DNA from: an uncultured Planctomycetia bacterium
Lineage (GTDB): Bacteria; Omnitrophota; Gorgyraeia; Duberdicusellales; 4484-171
Length of the DNA: 53,011 bases
Reading direction: 5' to 3'
NCBI GenBank assembly: GCA_964489445.1
Contig: CAZAYU010000004.1
Span: forward strand, 141,198 to 194,208
Below, in pieces: positions 52,201 to 53,011 of the stretch. The notes under the pieces are model-generated. The model did no database searches. It had not been told where the DNA came from and saw nothing but the letters and a program-made list of their open reading frames with translations. A program made the translations under genes and the position numbers. Every line of letters begins with the position of its first letter. The stretch's first letter is position 1.

Positions 52201-53011
52201 AATCCACCATAAGCTGGATAAATTCCCATTCCCCAACTATCCCTTGAACTATTCATCTTGGTAATGATTTCTCCCGTTGTATCAGTTGTTTTTATCCAAA
52301 ATTCAATTGTAAAATCATTTGTCCCAAAATTCCCGGCATCAATATTTCCGCAATCCACATAATCATCACTCCCGTCAAAACTCAAAGCTCCACCGGAAAC
52401 TCCACTGGCATTATAAGTAGCACCAGTATTCGTCCCGTCATTATCTTGGGCACTATAATCTTTTCCTATATTGGTGTTGTCATTAAAGCTCCAATAACCC
52501 AGACAATTTGATTCGGCAGTACCTAAACCAGAAACTGCCGGTTCAGTGCGGTCAGGAGTAGGAACTGAAGCGCTAGGTGATGAATTGGTTTCTACTCCAT
52601 CTGAGTTCCTTGCTTTTACCTGAAAAGTATAGTAAGTATTGTCCTCAAGATTAATAATATCTTTTCCGGAAGCGCTACCCCAATTAGCATAGGTCTGCCA
52701 AGTTTCCGATACTTCATCAAGTATACCGTCTGAGCCTAACCATTTCGTTACACCGGTATTTTCATTAACCCCATTAATTGCGTAAGTAGTATAAGCAGGA
52801 TTTCCAGTAATATTAATTATTAAATTAATTTTACCTAATTCCGAATTAAGTGCTTGATTCGTATACGCAGTAATTGTAGGTGCGCTCAAGTATGTCGCCC
52901 GTGTATATACCGGATCCGATTGAGTACCATAAGCAGTCTGGACATCATTTCCGTTACGAGCTTTTACTTTTAAAGTGTATACCGTATTACTGTCTAAGCC
53001 GGTAATTGTTT
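31239..53011 (-). CDS. giant multidomain extracellular protein (at least 7256 aa, 5'-truncated by the window): LamG x4, FN3/Ig-like repeats, DUF1080-like, F5/8C-like, CBM-like, DUF2341
   Basis: Uninterrupted frame from the window edge to TAA at 31239. Upstream of the TTG at 52889 it reads TITGLDSNTVYTLKVKARNGNDVQTAYG, another FN3-type repeat. LamG pattern GYWSF...G.DG...GA.SFDG..DYV...F(T/S)I..W...WHH...DE.R.Y..AL occurs four times; DUF2341 pattern YQV.L...MQ.DF.DLRF.D.DG..ISYWVE occurs once. Confidence 0.95.
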   Translation of the reverse strand, partial: TITGLDSNTVYTLKVKARNGNDVQTAYGTQSDPVYTRATYLSAPTITAYTNQALNSELGKINLIINITGNPAYTTYAINGVNENTGVTKWLGSDGILDEVSETWQTYANWGSASGKDIINLEDNTYYTFQVKARNSDGVETNSSPSASVPTPDRTEPAVSGLGTAESNCLGYWSFNDNTNIGKDYSAQDNDGTNTGATYNASGVSGGALSFDGSDDYVDCGNIDAGNFGTNDFTIEFWIKTTDTTGEIITKMNSSRDSWGMGIYPAYGGFYMDLAGGTYTAGNAGEFGSVMANIEDGKWHHVVVRRQNGTMQGFKDAVGSNSFSRNVSFSSSEPLYIAKSVRIGYLNGIVDETRIYNRALTDSEIEANYSTGRDYVELSAKPGDANLAAYWDFDEGFGAVAYDSSGNEKKGTLINMDLDTDWIVGKFNTGLDFDGTDDYVSIPDSSASLSGDFTIAFWVNPRDDASNPRWFSLIDGANNLEVGHMGSNEKVYFRFDNTVIQTTTGISLNQWHHVIWVMDTDSRSIFIDGELKNTESGGIGANAQYSAIGGGYAGYTANGKIDEVRIYSSALSAQEVHDLYASGAPKYTYYRSSTLGGTYEPVGDAAIYDSFTRANSDTVGLASTGGVWIESRNGQSVGTEVSASDNKILSNNLYFYYDAGVQQPIAQQNNLKISGTFGFEAAANEEAIVSVRAPSSGTYAPWNGYGVVFKNQGYGNVVGLIDGSNSPFQSSSYTFAYNTEYQFDILIDSNNAITVAIDGVQILKGSARTPNASGTHFNLAGYGNVNSKYFKDITVTPLISTNEIVDTFGGYAQDFSGILTGSDITSIGWTKDITDGAAYTVDNGRLKMVHPASAPSESYDYAMYQLPSEITANATIEFDLTVTDSNSWDFLFEVGDSTSNTSWTTEIIHSAISNEHWQTYISAGWQSVESGLSVGSTYHFKVYIDNTNNVVRYYINGEHCNTVAFADAGSTGIKKIWFASYGYGTVDTTWYVDNIKVIPSSGGDTLIPTTPVKDNTDGSSTHNMGVWQSNISNIPNVDFEWLEANSDSGSPDDYFYSLTTLDDEGNEIDTSIESSIVATPVSGYWWAVDDSTPESGGTWVSRTTLSEVTAVLTGGAADSIHNIYVKAEDGAGNISAVQTIGPIWIDTTLPTLNPNTVIGQSWTTDGQDFFTNSTSITITGAAADVPSGLSTIGVVWGAWGNNYDYTWDDKNVLNDDDGTWSSTFTGISGHNRWHFDSLDKAGNYSIRWGESMYCDVFVDNVQPNVPSAPMVVVNSTNQITISGNLPSDQGAGTGAQAGAAQYLNETYNDSIEWYRVGDVGVYVNETTNVNNGTDSGWIQTTSSTYSYSDSELLLNTQYGYQSKAHDNYNESKGTWHNESAYSATISKYTLCNVPDAPTVSLIAGTSIDRLQVSINRNGNPATGVETWTNAGNTQYAIVVDDDFDATSFNTTKYLDWASTENAIIGGGTAEWKTYSEWGNCEVTGLVADKIYRFKVKARNGDNVETAFSAVESMYTRPAIPQIISIETSAYSGPLNSGAGGLKIRWHHTSKSYTLKSSLTDSDGSEDPDGAGTWSIAPGIDNETPPSSILEIEDTDTTGSANVTNGNQVITTTDLTSYISAGDTIKIVNTDPSESSIYTVKSMTTSSITLDVPYTETNDSDGSASVKRREIVYIHSGLSCGDLLYYRVKGRNLDNVWTDYSSIPPPDGIVTADRTQPGIPEVTLFSSTTEMGNVSFTWDAVDGTGSDVAGYTFNRAPSSTGTYDSVEGLSDNFSDGNSEGFTMTNGSWAVTSEQLVNSATTASWMWAQDLTHSYTDFIFEFDAKLSSAGYLAVVFRNSNTAGSTDTMSLVANPSWNYWRLRDSVTTAATGSYVDVASERYPGITAGVTYRIMLKVDGQNVKLYVDDFFVGEYDFTGHASGGIGLLSYSSGATFDNVKARPLVAGTPDNGHLVDTDLAINRAASALGGAIANYSSQYSGREATKAIDSVKTGTSVSNQWLTNGTTTGYITLDLGKLRKIDRAVIYNYNETSYYTRGFKDFTISTSNQPTSGFVTRYTEVLVAEDGVGNPAPQVFPILNSGNPVICRYVRIANTSNWGDGGYTGLMEVEIYDVSPIDKAAPDALSAINCTDTHGLSQWQFGVSNDNAVAFSWSAPADSNGTTYYYYEQAFDNEGNQSNLIYDPVMENPVNQGYLRVGSNTHGAATESFDTGIKHKGNYSLKVIYSGSNSVWSSDFTIGTHIDANSIYLFSAFVKTVALNAGQAKCDVSGAGTIQGTAGTASGTSDWTQIRTIFQTSASGTVTLSYSGINSPSGTVYWDDAKLVKVSSEEVKAGISGYNIYKNLSSGDTVLSTTDNTIYQSATTISTVAFPDSQANYIHIKAIDSAGNWSGDIYKGPYWIDATDPSEVGSLADDSHNINGWQSGISNNPNVTFSWTAATDNLSGLDGYDWGVNTSSADWTGTTKDLQEAAVSVGITFPEGTGNYFHIRSVDNAGNWDDTSNDLGPYYIDYTIPNNPGTLAYGTITENSINVSVSGATDALSGLETTWCYFEYDADNTSFVSASANSGWCAGTWTPSGLLPNISYAFRWKVRDRAGNETGWSTPSPAYKYTYSNLPNPLTLIAYTNQPLNSELGKVNLKIDTNDNSSETTYAIYGTNENTDVSKWLGSDGLLDEVSEVWQIFVDWNGELGQDILNLDDNTTYTFKVKAKNGDAVVTSLSTGTLVTTLDRTAPVVSSLGTAESNCIGYWSFDNSSDVGRDSSAYGNDGTNNGATYNANGVSGGVLSFDGGSDYVEVGSVFNPSNDNWTISMWFNQYDATERGLFRSGLYSDVPKTTGIDFAVSSGGFKYRFSTPGNWADVASSTIGATVNNNVWYYVVVSRSGSNIDWYLNGVDIGDTNVGTATLGYGTYSIGDWDGGSAYNFNGLIDEVHVYDRALTASEIQANYSTGRDYVELSAKPGDANLAAYWSFDEGVAATAYDLTGNGNQGTLTGMDPATDWVDGKFGKALDFDGSGDYVTTSYGNGVNPNTQPCTYSLWVKSDNPSAGKMYLIQGNWSASTRAYFGHTGGYWSMGVQSSGWGETSGGAADSNWHHMAIVFDGSNAKFFIDGEYVYQKSYTSYNFNQELIIGSGRPTDSSYDWDGKIDEVRVYNTALSNRQVHNLYASGAPKYAYYRSTASSGTYELLDILDNRKQKKAVTINNAGNANNLNNYQVNLTVTYDSDMQADFDDLRFFDSDGTPISYWVESYTASTTASVWVKVPYIPASSSKIIWMYYGNSEAESLSNKSFVFPYDLKNPDFEETNTCLEPSATVQNFGWNHFDGTADNDCLEVNTLKAHSGTKSFGNSYSCNAVCDDEGSAATYPTTYMYQDVSVGSNDRYIVEATYWFQGIVFNGSGCPDLSETGGEDDSRLRLVYYNSGESQIGSYLGPSFSGLGYTSGWTWLKYTDVSETMPSNTAKVRVQVEGGDYNNSCGGFGGGGNAGGYYDDFSVIIRKYTSPEPSASFGAEQPAVWNGSDYADTFGGFYDNFSDGDTNGWVVNGSPTLANGTIALSGTDNEIHTTDKYGSGVLEIKINSASTSSAARFGMSDGQFTTYPSSSNSVFFHHWSGGLLYEDCYPGGSQNQSGTYAAGQDYYYKIIFVKNSHAELYQNGILKKKYDIAPNADMNIWLMSDGAIAQTFDWVKFTPIGADKGDNQAPSIPEKNPADGSNSHNTSVWQSGISNDNTVDFGYTQPLSNGDDYFYYASTVDGEGNKSSDNFILNPYFEKNTNDWSIGGAGAVSVEPNGPAGSYAKFDVNSGGEAVSFRSNVFSQEAGKTYHLSFWYKVSRADYNGSFRVGGYNGGTHWEFILSGEQSTDWKHVERTYTVQYGTPTYTNQFWVFGYQDVDVYIDDIEIYEVKSVNVTTPISGYWWAKTIATSTPPAFNTTNWTWVPRTTVNITTPALDGDCVNYIHYIHVKAEDGAGNLSGIQTTGPIWVDTVLPTVTLSSHTNGSSYYNNTGTITINGTSQDCPSNVDYTIWNIDRNNETGSYNSVTAPCTAWNGATEGDPNWSGTWQNLSGENWIYIADYDKAGNFSGWNQHVKLFTDTAAPNNPSFSVVDAVSGSQINLNWSLPADNGSGSGYPYTVDDVGVSVKRDSTIIYSTGHSENNYFWNDLSVSDTGRSENTQYTYTISAQDNTQEIRGNWHNTTSYVGSSSKYTLCNLPTGFDAVSDVVDEKPYIDLTVDTFPNHGSGSSGYKFDNVDPDNYNSEYWTSGWQSADNTWTDDNPEDLEEGLYPDYYYCYRVWYRNGDGDPDIDGDGGYVDDSGDYVTLCKWSLPKIPVITSVESSDSAGTLNSGGGGLKITWTYTSYSYDIEASPNGTTGWEILTTDTAPEGSWVPDIKYVEGTVVEATLNVTQGSDTVSVVGFSGDLNDVLEVSEYIKIDSTDHAGIYKIMDINDVSDVLTILPAFPNPAYNGYCGATDSDVAFEENLHVLYIHSGLGQGEHRWYRVKGRNLEDDETAYSNIDDGVVTVDRVKPTIPETEIVSNSSDMGSIDLSWSVSDPTDTSLSGYTFNRASALTGDYFPADGLWDSFSSTPGNWILTSGASISSGIMSCDDTTNSTYTDPGYSKNRVVEIDFERTSGRNIYLVARYKDSNNFVWFGYEKMRGSTYWFWQETLNGSLKKEQGKIIYDLDNDIVYHAMIICKDDHYRLYINDQFVMSYDNSDFTDSNYRFGLSTEGSVVEFDNVSIRPLIADTITSGTLSVTNNSTSVTTSVNLTSYFSTGDYVSIYNSSVDPFESSIYQVQAITSNSITLDSPYTGTTDSGAGVVAYDNLYNDVVSEVSVSASGGTNPANLIDNNLSTAWTYGAATGSVTIDLGAIRTVDRAVIYNLNQYSGGFKAFTISTSPDNSNYTQRYSGTLASEDGSGNPAPQAFPILNSGNPVACRYVRIANTSNWENAGSIGLVEVEIYDVGPVDKAAPAVLSEISCDDTHTLTEWKYGVSNDNTVAFSWIAPVSNGSNYYYQEIAMDNEGNQSNLVFDPSMENTEYPGYIKEDSITQNGTFSFDESNKYKGNASLKFSCSASDAYRGAVLTIGADIDANSTYLFSAFVKTNLTSGLAKCNVTGSGSIVNYSTASGISDWAEIRTIFTTSASGTVTISYFADDPNSGGQVWWDNTRIVKISSDVVTTPISGYNIYKNLSNSDTLLTTSNTIIYQSAIAISTIVFDESPNNYIHIKAIDGAGNRANDISKGPYQIDTIAPVGQAINSIVANSYSQLTVNAATGSDATSDLYNGANISSPAEDEGNGPYWFDETGGGPGANDSIWVISTAHVDSGLYPNTQYTYQVKLRDNAGNKTIYSTSSSRYTLARVPGTPVGTLPAMDVIDRLTVTIDKNLNPIAAEWTSCADTQYAITVQGGGYVYGTHFVDPDTNGIITVENDAWDVYSAFGGASGELITGLAENTQYRFKVKARNAENVQTAYGSELAIYTRVMSLTDGEVTLSVGTNYVDLEVVATHPNPTADDTGAYFDNFTGSGCNGDDSGWQNGDYTYRDYGLVNAQYGYKVILRNGDGVETNPNPTEKEIYTLANTPSIPSAILPSGYTSTYHLRVRVNQNGNPVGVATCTTSNDTEYAIMVDFDDPETAGTDESADFLPVKWVNPANGEIVASEAWGTYSAFNGANYENVVNLAANQRYRFKAMARNGDEINTTYSSDVSLCTRATRPRVISVTTTYRAPLDSNSGGVEIRWANTSDDYLLYKYLSGWKAVDTGWAASGQYGVPPTGNTEDTDTSGTANVTNASITVSTSDLRSYLTAGDSIKIVNTSPVEEGVYTVKTVGSSYVTLDSLYEGTTDSDGSVTVKRRDVFYFDNGLESWYGNNFYNTRGRNSCDVETDSNLYSGYKYASYIADRQIPGTSDLALAPLPAGMGSMDLSWSVSDPTDTSLSGLSGYNFLRAPNVTGNYYPVDGFYDNFSSSNNAWILPAGATISGGKLTCVNTNNNQAYTDQSFSGNRIIEFDFKRTSGSYISLTAKYVDSNNYIRFYLYYSYGGYYDYWRCERKVNGSTSYTYQSGNNRIYLTQGQTYHAKIICNGSMYKFYINDVFLMERSDANFSGATYRMALGSYNSTVEFDNVSIRPLIADTSTAGTLSVTNNSTSVTTSVNLTSYFSTGDYVSIYNSSVDPFESSIYQVQAITSNSITLDSPYTGTTDSGAGVVAYDNLSNDTAANHAVSSNGGTIENQTTGSQNPNYLIDGNLSTAWVDADSATGYITIDLGVSRVIDRAVIYNRNQSSGGFKAFTISTSPDNSSYTQRYSGTLASEDGSGNPAPQVFPILNSGDPVVCRYIRIANTSNWQSAGSTGLNEVEIYDVGPIDKAQPSALGTIEDGNHNPNTWQFGISNDNTVAFSWSAPVSNGTTYYYYDQAIDYEGNTSNLLYDPTMDNLDYPGYLKEDSNIQSSVLNATPGTLSVTYDNESVATTSDLTAYFSVDSYIKIVNTSPAESSIYKISAITSNSITLNAPYTGTTDSDGSVVANFLTFDESIYYKGNKSLRFDCPASDVYWGVDLTVGTELEANSTYLFSAIVKTSLTAGQAKCNVSGAGLSAIEAPQTTASGTSDWTKIRTIFNTGASGAIALSYYVDSPNNGGQVWWDDATLVKIESSPVASNIAGYSIYKNLESNDTLLTTTDTVIYQGETSNSSVVFPEGNTNFIHIKTVDSAGNIAEDFSQGPYYIDITPPQEVTNLVPSDGRATGIWQSGISNNPTLRFNWIAALDTDNGVSNSGLDGYDYTINTSSADWTGITKDLQETNTYQQINFPDGTGNYFHIRSVDNAGNWDTTSSDSGPYYIDIITPIPGTLSYGTITQNSISVSVSGATDARSGIPATAWCKFQHDNDLDYFESESDFDGDSGWCDGSWVVSGLDNDDFAFRWKVRDRAGNESAWTYPDPSYKHLLPDNSDVRYDQRGHLPQTWYQYLSGGSHDEFIFYSVRLDNNAIDYYRYKWNTTSDSEVIGTDTQWTSGSLSLTYNFIGRENWLHLKAYNSDGVASSEGTIHLQYCYVSTTHLLKRKQFFNSNKEIDTAQSASDTLFPDNPSSPATETHAVSNDVWQNSVSDPEFTWSGAQDNLSGVKGYYWYFGTSASDNPSNWTTFAGHNPDAVSSGVYYLRVKTEDNSGNISTSQTVFIFKYDGSVPSNPNLPATETHGATNNTLQSTVSDPEFTWNGATDNRSGIKQYYWYFGNNASGLPVTSTAYAGCNPNAVGTGTYYLRVKTEDKAGNISNPVTLFTFRYSTP
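31245..31860 (-). repeat. two tandem 102-aa C-terminal Ig-like repeats of the giant protein
   Basis: 306-nt offset; shared CATGAGTTTCAGTTGC (31508/31814) and CCAAGTAAATTCCGGATCAGA (31455/31761) on the + strand. Confidence 0.9.
34441..34719. repeat. intragenic direct repeat, copy B (partner at 38581-38859)
   Basis: 279 nt with 9 mismatches by manual comparison; 34471-34649 is identical to 38611-38789; offset 4140 nt. Confidence 0.95.
38581..38859. repeat. intragenic direct repeat, copy A (partner at 34441-34719)
   Basis: Same comparison as for copy B. Confidence 0.95.
43520..45180 (-). repeat. second copy of the FN3-LamG-LamG block (first copy about 51260-52890)
   Basis: AYTNQ.LNSELGK.NL, KWLGSDG.LDEVSE.WQ, LGTAESNC.GYWSF and YSTGRDYVELSAKPGDANLAAYW recur with an offset of about 7710 nt. 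Confidence 0.9.

Noticed and set aside
52887-52889. TTG start assigned to the giant ORF
   Set aside because: The frame stays open to the window edge and encodes an FN3 repeat upstream; there is no RBS or signal peptide at this position.
29416-53011. Prophage interpretation of the fibre-like and giant genes
   Set aside because: The fibre protein has a Sec signal peptide, and no capsid, terminase, portal, lysis or integrase genes are present in the window.

Overview
AT-rich bacterial chromosome segment. Every supportable gene and the single tRNA lie on the minus strand. Left part (1-19.4 kb): a pyrimidine cluster in the Bacillus/Clostridium order (pyrR-pyrB-pyrC...carB...pyrK-pyrD-pyrF), with an intact PyrR attenuator but no carA or pyrE in the window. 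It is interleaved with an exported thiol-redox protein, EndoQ, tRNA-Arg(CCG), a LOG-like protein, an archaeal-type dUTPase, YjbQ, MutM, a PabB-PabC fusion and a half-size TauE; rsmI, yvcK and nagB lie upstream. Middle (19.6-26 kb): a small exported protein interrupted by an in-frame TAG, a yraN-comM-dprA recombination cassette, spoVG, an ECF sigma/ZAS anti-sigma pair with a duplicated candidate ECF promoter (TGAAAGAA-N15-CGTCTATTA), and an exported TPR protein. Right (26-53 kb): an O-antigen-ligase-like/TPR fusion, a secreted fibre-like protein, and a giant gene that is still open at the window edge (at least 7256 aa). The giant is built from LamG, FN3/Ig-like, DUF1080-like, F5/8C-like, CBM-like and DUF2341 modules, with nested insertions and a recent internal duplication. 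The giant-protein locus is the best candidate for an undescribed surface system. The lineage may be Omnitrophota; that is inference only. Domain names come from motif recognition by eye, not from database searches, and domain coordinates are approximate.
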